Of a stretch of 64,000 bases of DNA, positions 25,744 through 38,337 are shown piece after piece. A program made the position numbers and the translations under genes. The DNA is from Octopus sinensis (taxonomy: Eukaryota): NCBI RefSeq assembly GCF_006345805.1, contig NC_043005.1, positions 22,196,001 to 22,260,000 on the forward strand, read 5' to 3'. Below the pieces are notes generated by a model. It ran no database searches. It was not told the origin of the DNA and saw nothing but the letters and a program-made list of their open reading frames with translations. Position 1 is the first letter of the stretch; each line of letters starts with the position of its first letter.

Positions 25744-28700
25744 GACTTGCTGTTGCTAAAGAAACATTACGGTTGTTTATAACTTGATACTATTATAGAG
25801 ATATGTTTTTCTTTTCTTTGTTATTGTAGTTCGTTGTTGACTACAGTTGTTATTCTTGTTTTTTATCGTTTGTTATCTCTTATCGTCTACTTTTGTTGTC
25901 ACTTATTGTCTGTTGACGCGTGTACTATTGTGTATTATTATTATAGCCTGGCCAACTGTCAGGACATTGTTCACCAGTTAACAACAGGCTCCAGTACATG
26001 GTTACTACCATTGAAAACAAATATCTTAAATGTCATTCTAATGATTGTCTATAATTTAATATAATTATTATTACTTTGTTTTTCTGAATTTTTTTCCACA
26101 AAGAAATCCCCTTCACCACAATCACTATTATTATTATTAGCATTGTCGTCATTAAAATAAAATTAAGGAGAACAATTTACCTTGAATCATATTTGCAATA
26201 CAGACTCCAGAATTTTCACAGTCGCTCCCCAGGAATAAATGTTTTCATACACAACAGATTACGATGTTTCAGGAGTTAATAGTGTAGACGATAACGTCGC
26301 AGTGCTATGTATTCAAGAGAGTACCGCAAAAAAAGGTTAACCACACTGACAAACCATTGTTATATAGCTCGACATGTCAACACAAGTCTTGTCTAACACA
26401 TCTTTTACTCTCAGCATGGTTTCTTGTTTTATACTGGTCTTCTTTCATTGCCTTACTTGGCGAGTCTTGTCTTTTCTTTCGTAAAATATTTCGTTTTTTA
26501 CTTCTTGTTACTCTCTTCTTATTTCCATATCGCCCTTTTTAGATTTATTTGTTATGTTTTCTTCCTACTTCTTATCGGTTACCATAGAAAAAAATCGTGT
26601 TTTATTCATGCATGTATTCATGTATTCTCCAGGTGGACTTGGTTTCCTTGTATTAAGATTATTTTTGGCTTCAAGTAATTACAACATTTATAAAATGTGT
26701 ATATGCCTGTATCTATGTAAGGTTGTTTTTTAGTCTTGAAATGTGTCCAACCAAGAAGCAGCTGGTCTACAGTAAATAAAGAAAAACAAAAGGACCCTAA
26801 TTTGAATTTAAGCAATTAATTATCTGTAAGCAAGTACTACAGTATGATATAGTTCAACAGACTGCAGCCATGGCTAAGAAACTTATCTTTCATCAGCACA
26901 GTCTATCAAGTTGCGAGCAGGTACCACAGGTACCTGCTTCTGTATCCATTACTGGCGAGCCAGTTACGTCATAGTGGGCAATGCTAAACCTGAGCCTAGA
27001 AAGTAATTTGCATAATCAGCACATTGTCTCTTCTACAATGACACAAGAAATGCTCAGTTTGCGACACGTTTTGTGGATACTGCAGCTGACCAACATAGTC
27101 GCAGAAGTTAAATCTGGTAAATAATCGTACTCGAACTTGAGATTTTACCGGTGACGATACAACAATGACCAATGTCATCGTTGTGTATTTCGTTAACTGA
27201 TAAGTTTAACTCCCTTTTTCTTTCTGTCGTTCCCAAGTCAGCATTGAATAAGTAGATCTATGATGAAAACATTCAAATTGTGATCATTCAGTCATGTTGC
27301 GGACTATATACTGCTAAGACCATATTATGCAGTATGTCCTTCCCTTTTCAGGCAATAGGGTGTTGTTACTTGAAGGAAATATCAATTATTTTTAGCATGT
27401 TAAAAATAGTCTATTCTTAGAGGGTAAGTAGTTAGAGCAGAGAGTTATGAGTTCTGCCCAACTGATTGGCCATCATTACATCATAGCAGAGACTGCAGTT
27501 GGGTTTCAACAACCCAGTGAGTTATAGCGACTCACTTATACCTCGTAATAAATTGAGGTTAAAGTGGAATGTAGTGGACTCGAGAGAATAAAATAAGTGC
27601 AGAATTGAGTGGTACCTATCTACAGCTATGTAGACTAGGCTGTTGAGAGTCTAGTATCTTGGCTACAGACAAAGAATATGGATCACCAGCTCTTCAACTA
27701 TGAGCACTAGCACTATCAACTATGCTAGAGTCAATCTCATATTCTCTATCTCTCCTTTTCCAATGTCTCTAATTATTGCAGATCCAGCGACTACGTAAGA
27801 GGCTACCTCATAGTGATAGTCAGCACCCTATTCAAATATGGGCTTTAAGGGCCGTTGTAAATGGAAATATCACTGCCGACCTAACAGTAGTTACATTCCA
27901 GAGGCCTACAAAGTCTTATTTTGGCTCTAGTGATAGTAATGATGGTTAAGTAAGTAATTTTGGAAAAGAAGTCAATGATGTCACTGTTTGCCTTGTTATT
28001 ATTAGATTGGTTAAGCAAACATCAGCCAACGAGGGGACCTCACCCTGTTAGAAATAGCAACCAACATTTCCACCAAGCCACTCTAAACAGACCTATTGTA
28101 TAATATATCCAATTGAAACAATATCTGAAAAATAAGTCATAGCTCTAACATCTTTAATCAGGAGTCTATGATTGACCTGGAACTAAACAACAATAACTTG
28201 TCTACGACTCTATAATAGACAAGAACGCCGTCTCCTTTGTATTAAGAGCAATGCCACAAATAATAGAGTTCCCATTATATGAAGAGAAAAGGGGGTACCA
28301 TTGTTAGAGTATAAACATGGAAATAGAACATAATATAGAATCAAACGAAATATTCTCTAGTTACAGTTAGTATTTATATAAGATGACGAAAACAGAAATT
28401 ATAATTAGTATCCAAAGTTAATAATAACAGTGGAGGGATTTGTTCTTGACATATTTGCAAACTGTTGCTTTTGAAGGTATGAAAGAATGAATGTAGAGCG
28501 GTGGGAATGGGATTATAAATAGTTGGCAGGGCGGCTTAGCTTTGAGATATGTCAGTAGAGTTCTTATACAACAGGAGGTAATTCAGTTCAGTAGAGGGTT
28601 TTTTTCCTCTTCTTTTTTTTTTATGATATTCATTTAATGAATGGCAGGTGTATTATGAATAGGCGGTACATAGAAATATGGGAAAATATTTCATTTATTG

Positions 28701-29411
28701 GAATTTTTATATCAAATCATAACATGTGTTCATTTTCTGACTGTAATAATCATCACAATAACGACAACGGCAACAATAACCTGAACAACAATAATTTCTA
28801 AAATAAGCATAAGGACAAATTTTGTGGGTGAAGTTAGTTGATTAAATCGACTTCCATTATTTGGCTGGAACTTTATTTTCGACTTCGAAAGGATGGAAGG
28901 TAAAGCTGACCTCGAAAATTTCCCTAATTGGTTAATGATTGTAATAATTGCTATAATTCAGACACTAAACCAACAATTTTAGGAGGAGGGTGTTAGTCGA
29001 TACCATCAACCCTAGTACTTACTCGAGCGGGATTTAAACCCAGAAAGAGTAAGGCATTTTTCTTTGATGCTCTAACGAGCTAGCCGCTCTTATGGAATTA
29101 ATAAAAATAAATTATCGTCTACCATACCTGTAGAATTTTTTTCAGGATATGTCAACAATAAATTTATGAATATTATTTATAATACTTAGAGTTTCATGGC
29201 CCTACAATTGATATTTCCATTAATATAGTCGAGGACATTTTGAAAAAAAATTGCAAGCGTATTTTTCTTAAATTATGTGTAGCGTACAAGCAACGATTAA
29301 ACCAAATTGCTTGACTGAAGTCATGGGACGTCAGTTACACAAAATTTATGTTTGGATTAATTTATGTAGCTGTATATCTAATTGTTATCCTTAAACTGAA
29401 AGAACACATTC

Positions 29412-30216
29412 GGATCTTTTCCTTTTGAACGGCACTTTGTAACATAATTTCTAGGTAACTAAAAAGTTTTAAACTTCGTATACTGGTAGAATGTGTTTAT
29501 AAAACATCATTTTCTCTTGACTTTATCGAGAAAATTCTATAGTTTGTAAGATATTTCGTCCGAAATTACTCGCATTTCGGCAATTTTAACCAATCACTGG
29601 AGTCCATTTAGGTAAATAACATTCTGTGCATAATGAATATGTCCCTCCTTTAAGAAACAGATTGGGTTTATTTACATTTGTGAAGAAAAAAAGATACCCT
29701 TCCCCAACCCCTAACCCTAACCAACTCTAACCCTAAATCTAAAATAGATTGAAATGCAATAGATCGATATTAGGACCATAATTAAGGGTGACATTTTCAT
29801 TTGACACCAGTAGAAAAAGATCCCATTTTCCGTAGCGGTGTCGTATGAAATTGTCACCCATAATTATAACCCTAGTATCGATCTATTGCATTTCAATCTA
29901 TTTTAGATTTAGGGTTAGGGGTGGAGAAAGGGTATCTTTTTTCTTCACAAATGTAAATAAACCCAATCTGTTTCTTAAAGGAGGGACATATTCATTATGC
30001 ACAGAATGTTATTTACCTAAATGGACTCCAGTGATTGGTTAAAATTGCCGAAATGCAAGTAATTTCAGACGAAATATCTTACAAACTATAGAATTTTCTC
30101 AATAAAGCCAAGAGAAAATGATGTTTTATAAACACATTCTACCAGTATACGAAGTTTAAAACTTTTTAGTTACCTAGAAATTATGTTACAAAGTGTCGTT
30201 CAAAAGGAACAGATCC
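29412..30216. mobile_element. Inverted dimer of a MITE of about 410 bp with GGATCTTTT termini, forming an 800-bp palindrome
   Basis: 29412-29823 and about 29824-30216 are reverse complements with scattered mismatches. An internal terminus AAAAAGATCC lies at 29814-29823. Confidence 0.9.
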
Positions 30217-30299
30217 GAAATCGGTTGGGTAGTTCTTGAGTTTTAGGGATTCACACACACATTCTCATCTTTATATATATATAGAAGATACGTGCATTC

Positions 30300-31050
30300 G
30301 AACGTAGCAGGGAACAGCTAGCCTTTGGCCGCTATTTGGGTCCCGTTGTGTCCACTACTCTGGTTGGTATTGGCGCAATTTGTCTCTTACTCTGTCGTGC
30401 CAACTCGCCGTGTATAACCAGTCGGACTAATCCCACGAGCACGTGGGATTAGTCTGTTTACCACCCTGTGGTAAGCCTACTGCTCCTTATAAAAACCCAA
30501 CTTCTCGTTCCGAAGTCTTTGGTTCCAGACCATTTAAGGTCTAACCACTGACCACAAAGACACAGCCAGTTCCAGCGATAATGTCAGACGACCCCAACAC
30601 CACCACAGCAACAGTTACGTTGAGATTCACCAGGTTCGTCCAACAGCATTACGGTAAACTCCGTCGTCGCCACCCATATCCTTCTTAACGTTGTCAACAT
30701 CATCTCTCCACGTACACAGCTCAGCAAGCAATTCACCCAGGTTCTAACACTTCACTGTTCGTGAATTACTTCACCGTGGATCAACAGCGAATATACAACC
30801 TGCATGAATTCCTGTACCAAGTGACCCAGGCAGCAGCATCACTGCCACGACCTCACATACGACATGTACCCGTAACCGGCTCAGCATCATGGCTGCAACC
30901 TCTTGATTCAGTATTTCAACTACCGTGTACTATTGACTACGAACAGGTATTCATCTTTCTTGTGTCTATGAACTTACTTCTCACTTCGATGGCTATAGAC
31001 TTTTGCACTGTCTCTTCTTCGTTGCCATCCTTATATGTTCTTAACACGCG
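30300..31050 (+). mobile_element. Possible LTR-retrotransposon remnant (LTR plus gag start)
   Basis: GC-richer block with TATAAAA near 30488 and ATG at 30581 (MSDDPNTTTATVTLR), reminiscent of Gypsy gag N-termini; heavily degenerate. Confidence 0.3.
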
Positions 31051-31635
31051 CATACATCTATGCTTACATGCACACATACATGACGGCCTGTCTATTATTC
31101 TGTATACATGACGCACACACATGTTAACATATCAATAAATCTTTTCTTAATCATTCTGCGCGGTTGTGCCTCTCTTTTTCCAGCTGGCAAGTAAATGATT
31201 CTATCAATTTTTCTCTTTATTATATCGGCCGTGTGATGTACAAAAGTGCCATTCTCGTTACTCCACATCGCACGGCCCCTTACATGTTTCAACCCAGGTC
31301 AACGTTGATTGAGCCGACCTAAAATGAAAGCCGTTCCAGCAGTGACCATCCCTAACGTGTATCCTTCCCATTTTAAAGATCATTTAGTATGATTTGAAGG
31401 AAATTTGGCTATAGCTCGAGCGACCACGCGAACAATGATAATTGGCTCCCTACTTTAGAGTATCTATTTGTCACTAGATGGAATGAATTATTTCAGAGTA
31501 AAGCATTTAGCGATCTTTCGAACTTTGCTCAGACATATAAGATGAAGGACAAAGTAAAACAAATGCACTGAATCAAAGTGACCGGTTAACAAATAATCGT
31601 TAACTATCGAAAATGCGTTTGCTTAAACATACACA

Positions 31636-32015
31636 GGCTGATTTGACCGGCAGATTTTTAAAATAATTTCTAAATACTTTTAAACTTCGTATACTGGTAG
31701 AATGTGTTACATAAAACATCTTTTTCTCTTGGCTTTCTTGAGAAAATTCTGTAGTTTGTAAGCTATTTGTTGTTTAATTTCTTGCATTTCGGCAATTTCA
31801 ACCAATCAATGACGTCTATTGAGGTGAATACAATTTCTCCGGTTCTTTGTCAACAACATTTAAACAACAAATAGCTTACAAACTACAGAATTTTCTCAAG
31901 AAAGCCAAGAGAAAAAGATGTTTTATGTAACACATTCTACCAGTATACGGAGTTTAAAAGTGTTTAGTTACAAAGAAATTATTTTAAAAATCTACCGGTC
32001 AAAGCGAAAAGATCC
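31636..32015. mobile_element. Palindromic MITE, GGATCTTTT family, 8-bp TSD CATACACA
   Basis: Inverted arms of about 135 bp share aaacttcgtatactggtagaatgtg with the 29.4-kb element. TSD copies are at 31628-31635 and 32016-32023. Confidence 0.85.
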
Positions 32016-33144
32016 CATACACAACTACACACAACCACATACACACATACACACACACACACATGCGTTAATTACCTTGTGGTAATTATTCCGTCTCACT
32101 GCGCTCTGAGTTCAAATTCCGGTTTCGACGATTAATATTCAGTTGTTCGATCAGTTGAAATCTCTTGTAGAAGAAATTAACTGTAGTCAGATACGCAGCT
32201 TCGTCAGGTAAATTGCCCACTGTACGCACTATGTCACGCCAGTACCTCTTCTACTTCATGAAGGAGTTAAAGACACAAGGCGAAGATATTGTAGACAGAA
32301 TCAGAAGTTTCATTAAAGGAAGTAATAATTCATTGATTTGTTTTGTTTGTGTAACAAATCATTGGTATCATGTAAACATGTCTTAGTCAGAAGAGAAAGA
32401 TGATGATCAAGAATCTTTTGAGGCTTCTGTGACTGGTTGAAAGAAGGGAGGAAGTTAGTCTCCAATTAGTGACCTGACCCAAATGCTCCGATAATGACGG
32501 ACTAGATGTTGGTGGTAGATTGGGTGATGGTTTAAGTAGACTAGTTTTCTACTACGCAAAATAAATAAATAAAAATCTTTCTGCAATGGAGCCCATTAAT
32601 AAAATTAACATATTCTCAAGTATTACACTCGACCATCCACTCAACTAAATGTATTTATGCTTTAGGAAGAAATTGTTAATTAAATGGATGAAATTTCAGA
32701 TGGTCTTAATTACCTCTTGAGAAAATGATTGTTATTTGAATACTGTAAGTAAAGTAAGTAAATAGATATACGTCAGTTTCGACGATGAATATTCAGTTGT
32801 TCGATCAATTGAAATCTCTGCTCATTGAATTAGTGGATATTCCACAAGGTGTGAGATGAAGTGTATGACAAAGCAGGATCTTTGAATAACAGGCTTCCAA
32901 ATAATTCCCACCTACTCGTACACGTATGTGTGTGTGTGCGCGCGCGTGTAGTATAGTACAGAAAAAAAAACCACAAATGAGTTCTGAATATTCGTGTTGG
33001 ATAGAGTAGATATATTTGTTATCAAAAGGCTTGATGGAGAGCTCATTTCGTTTCAGCGACTTTACACACACACGCGGTCTTCGGGTTGAATTTGACAGTT
33101 TGCATAAAAAAAGAAAAGAAAACACAATATCCCATCCAAAACTC

Positions 33145-33385
33145 TTTTACTCTTTTACTTGTTTCTGTCATTTGACTGTGGCCATGCTGGAGCACCGCCT
33201 TTAGTCGAGCAAATCGACCCCAGGACTTATTCTTTTAAGCCTAGTACTTATTCTATCGGTCTTTTACCGAACCGCTAAGTTACAGGGACGTAAACACACC
33301 AGCATCGGTTGTCAAGTTTCCGTCTACCAAATCCACTCACAAGGCTTTGGTCGGCCCGAAGCTATAGTAGAAGACACTTTCCCAC
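33145..33385 (-). mobile_element. SINE (abundant octopus-type family), internally deleted
   Basis: catttgactgtggccatgctggagcaccgcctttagtcg...ccgaaccgctaagttac...ctaccaaatccactcacaaggc; near-identical to 46100-46460. Confidence 0.85.
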
Positions 33386-33389
33386 TTTA

Positions 33390-34117
33390 AAAATAAAATA
33401 ACATCAACTAGATTATGGCTGGGAGATAACAGTTTACTCAAAGTTGCCACCTTCATATTCCATCACAGCCTCAAGACAGCTCTGGAGCCTGGTGCGTGCG
33501 TTCCTCACTGTGCCCCTGGGACAATCTTCGAATACGTCGATCTTGGCCTCCAGCTTGGCCTTGGTGTTGCAAATAGAGCGGTTGGTGTCTTTCTCAACAC
33601 ATTGTAACCCATGGGATTACAATCGGGAAAATTAGGATACTAGACGACCACCGTTGACGCTTTCCGAAGGCTTGGCAAGGAGCTGAATTCTGCTGCTACA
33701 CATTTCCTTCTGAAATCAACCTTCATCCATAGTTTGATTATAGACTCCTGTAGCTTCACATAGCCGTCTGAATTGAGCCTAAAGCCCTGTTCAAAGATAC
33801 GTAACGGTTTGACATTACCATTACAAGAGTACTCCCCAAAGATCATCCCAGTTTGGGGTAGCTTGGTTTTCATGATACATGGGACATCACATGGATTGTA
33901 GGCAAAGCTACCTGTCGTTCTGAGTGTTGTGCAACTGGCCCTGGCAGAAGTTTTTGTTTTTATCATTTGAGAAGAACCAGATCATCCCTGGCGTAATCGG
34001 ACGCTTTAGATTGTTCAGGAGCTTCTTTGCCTTCGTCAAGTGGTTCTCCTTGGCCTTGGCTCTCAGATTTTGTCCCTTGTGTTTCTTGTACGAGCGGTAG
34101 CGAAGGTTCTTATTCAA
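33390..34117 (-). mobile_element. maT/DD37D-like Tc1-mariner transposase fragment
   Basis: IWFFSNDK.NFCQ.QLHNTQNDR, MKTKLPQTGMIFG, IFEQGFRLNSDGYV and PNFPDCNPMGY motifs. Confidence 0.8.
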
Positions 34118-34773
34118 CGTTTGCAGTTCTTTTGTCTCATGAAAACTATTTTTTCTTTAATGGAATGCTAATTCATTATTTTACCTTTATTTGTCTTTGA
34201 TGTTGAAATACATGCCACCGGCCACTGAGTTATTTCTGTTATCTAATTCTTGTTACAGACACACACATGCACACACGCACGCACGCACGCACGCATACAG
34301 TCATTGTTGTAGACTTGATTGTTCTCTCATAGGTGTGCGAAGAAAAGGATTCTTCGATTACATTAAAACTTTGATCAAAACATTTTCAATATTTGGGCAT
34401 CGTAGAAACCTCTCGTGTATACATAACTAATCAGTATAAATAAGTCAATAAATAAATATTTATGAAAATAGCCTTTTCTTCTCTTCTATGTGAACAGGGA
34501 GGGTCAGTGCGTCAATAATATACGCGTTTCCCACGGATAATTGGCGATAAAAAACAAAAACAAAAAAACCACAAAACATAACTTTTACTCTACTCTGAGC
34601 GGTCATATTAATGAAGCCGAATGACATTTGACTGATTTTTTTTTATTTATATTTTGATGTGAGTTTTTTTTTATGCCGTTTTACTTTACTTCAATCACTG
34701 TTTGATCAATCGGAACGCTATAAAATAGACGTGAAGTCTATTTCATAGCGCGCCTTGCCATTAATGTAATGTA

Positions 34774-36000
34774 TACGAGGGTAATTAAAAAATCAAACGT
34801 ACTCTTATTTCTGTATTTTAGTAAAACAAAAGCAGGGTCATTTTCGACACAGTCTCCTTGCTTTTCGATGCATTTCTTCTAGCGGTCCACAAGTTTGCTT
34901 ATTCCATCGGAGAAGGAGGTTTTCGGCTGATCGCGAAGTCATTTATGCACCACTTCCTGCGCTTCTTCGTCTGTACCAAATCGACGACTTCGTAAAAAGA
35001 TGTTTGAGCGGTCTAAAGTGTTGATAGTAAGAAGGGGCGAGATCTGGACTGTATGCAGATGTTCCAGCAACTCGAAACCCGATTTTTCAGGGATATCAAC
35101 GATGTGGATGGCATTATGCGGGCATGCAACAATAACATTTGCGTTGACAACAGAAGTGTGTATGAGTGGATCGAGATGAGCAATATTTACGTTAACAATA
35201 GACCTCGGCGTTTGATGCCAATTGTTGGTTTCAGTTTGTTGGCCAGCATTTCACGGTAGCCTACGCTGGCGACTGTAGACTCTTTTCCCAGGCAGTGTTC
35301 AAGTACAAGCCTTTTTGCATCCCAAAATACAATTACCATCACCTTATCTGTAGAAGGCTGAGTCTTGAATTTCGTTTTTGCTAGCGATTCTCGGTTCTTC
35401 TACTCCATACTTCACCTTTTGGATTCAAGCTCAAAGTGACACACCTAGGTCTCATCTCCTGTGGCTATCCGTCCCCAAAACACTTCGCTATCATCGTTGT
35501 AGCGGTCGAGTAAGCGTTGACAGATCGCCTCACGACTGTGTTTATTACCCTTCGTTAAGCTTTCTTGGCATCCATCTCGCAAAGACTTTACAGAAGCGAA
35601 GCTTGTCGTAGATGATTTCGTATGTAGAACTATGACTAATTTGCAGAGAGCATTCTACCGCATCGATGGTCATTTATCGGTTCACCAAAACCATCTCTCA
35701 AGATTGTTGAATCTTCGCATCCGTGCTGGAGGTTGATGGGCGTCCTGTTCCCTATTCGTGCTTCACGCTTGTCCGGCCATTTTGAAACTTCTCAATCCAC
35801 TCATACACATTGTCTTTGTACTATACTGAAAGCCTGCGATGGATTTCAGCTCCTGACATACCTTCAGACCATAGAGGATCACTAACCTCTGTCTTCCTTG
35901 GTGCGTATTGCCAGAAGAGCGGCCTTGTTTACTTTATCACAAGAAAGAAAACTGCAGCGGTTAAGGTGAAACCGCGGTTACGCAACCACAAGAATGCCAC
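34774..36000 (-). mobile_element. Mariner transposon, degenerate, related to the 17.2-18.3 kb copy
   Basis: TIR tacgagggtaattaaaaaat, with WMPRKL and AYSPDLAPS motifs. Colinear similarity with the 17-kb element. Confidence 0.88.
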
Positions 36001-36128
36001 TATATATATATATATATATATATATAGTAAAAGTGAGGATATATAAACCTCAGAGGGATAAAAATATCCAAGATTAGACTGGTTGAATTCCTAATAATAT
36101 AAGCACACACATATATATTATTATTATA

Positions 36129-36576
36129 AAAACCAAGAGAGAAGATGGAGATAAGGTTAATAAAAATTTATTAATACATTGACAAGACCTACAATTGTTT
36201 CAATTCATCGCTTATAGTATAAAATCAATCAAATTTAATTTAATTTAATGTAATCAATTTGGTTAATTATTACAAACCAGAATATCACCAGGGAAGAACG
36301 TACAAAGAATTTATATATATCATATTTAAAACATAATGAAAACATTAAATGATCAAACAGGAAAAATACAGTGCACCATTAAAATTAATACATAATATAA
36401 AATATATAAAGTTATAAAAATAGATACAGTTATAAAAATAGCTATTGCAATAAATTAATATAAAGAACAAATTAAATTGATTGATTTTATACTATAATCG
36501 ATGAAATGAAACAATTGTAGGTCTTATCAATGTATTAATAATTTTTTATTTATCTTATCTCCATCTTCTCTCTTGG

Positions 36577-36579
<3 letters not shown>
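36129..36579. mobile_element. AT-rich element with inverted arms of about 110 bp (Penelope-like inverted pseudo-LTR or foldback)
   Basis: aaaccaagagagaagatggagataag...atcaatcaaatttaattt is mirrored at 36469-36579. Confidence 0.75.
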
Positions 36580-36580
<1 letters not shown>

Positions 36581-36655
<75 letters not shown>

Positions 36656-36874
36656 CGGCACATGTGCTTTTCTCAGACTATTCTTTTCCTTCTTTCCTTT
36701 CCGGAATTTTTCCCTCTATCTGACGAAGGACTATGCACGAAACGTCGCACCCGTTCCATTTTTACATCTTAAACTTTCTCTGAGTGTCAGTCTAATGCAT
36801 TCACTGTGTACGTCTTTTTGACTTTTGTTGCTTTTCCAGTTTTCTTTTAAAATTTGCACGCACACATACGCTCG

Positions 36875-36949
<75 letters not shown>
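36581..36949. repeat. Two long (CA)n microsatellites flanking a short hammerhead-like element
   Basis: (CA)n at 36581-36650 and 36880-36949. Confidence 0.9.
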
Positions 36950-36955
<6 letters not shown>

Positions 36956-37257
36956 CTGAAGGGATTATAAGCCAAGCTGTGTCTTCGTGCACGACTGCGT
37001 ATTCCAGTTATCAAATACATGTAGATGTTTTATTCGAAATGAAAACATTCATGCATGTAAATTTAGTTGGTGAATTATACTTGCTGAGTAGGAATGTACT
37101 AAGACAATGATTAGTGTACGTATTACGTTTTTGATTCTGTTACACGTGTTTAATTACAATACGGGAAATACATTTTATGAATATAGATATTAATATTAAT
37201 AATCCTTTCTGCTATAGTGAGCTGGAGTGAACTACTGCTCTCTCTAGCGGATGAGTA

Positions 37258-37309
37258 TCCACCACTGAAGATAACAACAAAGAGATCGAAACCGTACGGT
37301 CAGGGTGGA
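37258..37309 (+). ncRNA. Degenerate minimal hammerhead ribozyme-like motif
   Basis: tccacca-CTGAAGA-(16 nt)-GAAA-CCGTACGG-TC-agggtgga: intact core boxes and palindromic stem III, imperfect stems I and II. Confidence 0.5.
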
Positions 37310-37519
37310 GGATGGTAGGGATCCACTCCCCTGATTGCAATATATATCGGGTGCAGATTGCATCGAATAACCATCTGGTAGAGGCGTCCTCCTGGAGTTA
37401 AAAATAGCAGTAACGGCGGTTCCTATGGAACAGCTCTATTTAAGTAGTGACAAACATTACTTCTCAGTATAGTTACTGCTTTCATCTCCTACAGAGATTT
37501 TCTAACTGGCTAATTTGCT

Positions 37520-37551
<32 letters not shown>

Positions 37552-37638
37552 ATCCAAACATGAAAGCACAAAAAAAACACAACAAAGCGAGGACGTGGAA
37601 CAAATATAGTATTATTGGACGCTCATGAAAGAAGGAGG

Positions 37639-37673
37639 GTTTAACGTTTCGAGCGGAGCTCTTCGTCGGAAAC
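37639..37673 (-). ncRNA. Minimal type I hammerhead ribozyme-like motif (U4C variant)
   Basis: gttt-CCGACGA-A-GAGC-tcc-GCTC-GAAA-CG-TT-aaac: stem I gttt/aaac, stem II GAGC/GCTC, palindromic stem III AACGTT. Confidence 0.6.
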
Positions 37674-37754
37674 ATAGGAGAAGGAAAGATCCAGAGAAGG
37701 GAAGACAGAGGAAAAAAAATCGCCAACGGTACACACGCGGTCGCATATATATAT

Positions 37755-38006
37755 ATCTGTAAATATAATATGTGACGATTATTCGGTAGCCATGATAAAA
37801 CTCCGAGTTTCGGATGTCGAGGCGGAAACCCACGCCGGCATCACTTCAGTTATCGGGCCATCGAAAAAAAAAACGAAAAAACAATTCAATTTTTCATAGA
37901 TTTTTCATAGCATTTTTTTCGATGGCTCGATAACTGAGCCCCGACATCCGAAACTCGGAATTTTATCATGGCTACCGAATAATTGTCACATACCATGTTT
38001 ACAGAT
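37755..38006. mobile_element. Palindromic non-autonomous element
   Basis: atctgtaaa..tgtgacgattattcggtagccatgataaaa.tccgagtttcggatgtcg is mirrored at 37940-38006, with a second inner arm cagttatcgggccatcgaaaaaa. Confidence 0.85.
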
Positions 38007-38143
38007 AAATTCCTCTATTTACATAATATCGAGGTCTCATTCTTTTGTTGTCTTGCCATTTCCATCAATATATATATATGTATGTGTGTGTGTGTGAGTG
38101 TGTGTGTATGTATGTATATGTATGTGTGTATGTATGTATGTAT

Positions 38144-38266
38144 GCGTAGCCGGGGGGGGGAGGGTCCGCCTCGGGCGACATTTTTAAAGGGGCGGCACTT
38201 TGGGGTCTGCTGTAGGCAATATGTGTTTTTTCGTGGGGTCCGGGGACGGCACACACTCTAGCTACG
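38144..38266. mobile_element. GC-rich hAT-type MITE remnant inside (TATG)n
   Basis: gcgtagc...gctacg ends, typical of CAGTGGCGTAGC-type TIRs. Confidence 0.45.
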
Positions 38267-38290
38267 TATGTATGTATATATACACAGGGG

Positions 38291-38337
<47 letters not shown>

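Noticed and set aside
29702-29738. Interstitial telomere or chromosome fusion site
   Set aside because: Only a few degenerate CCCTAA units, and they are internal to a MITE.
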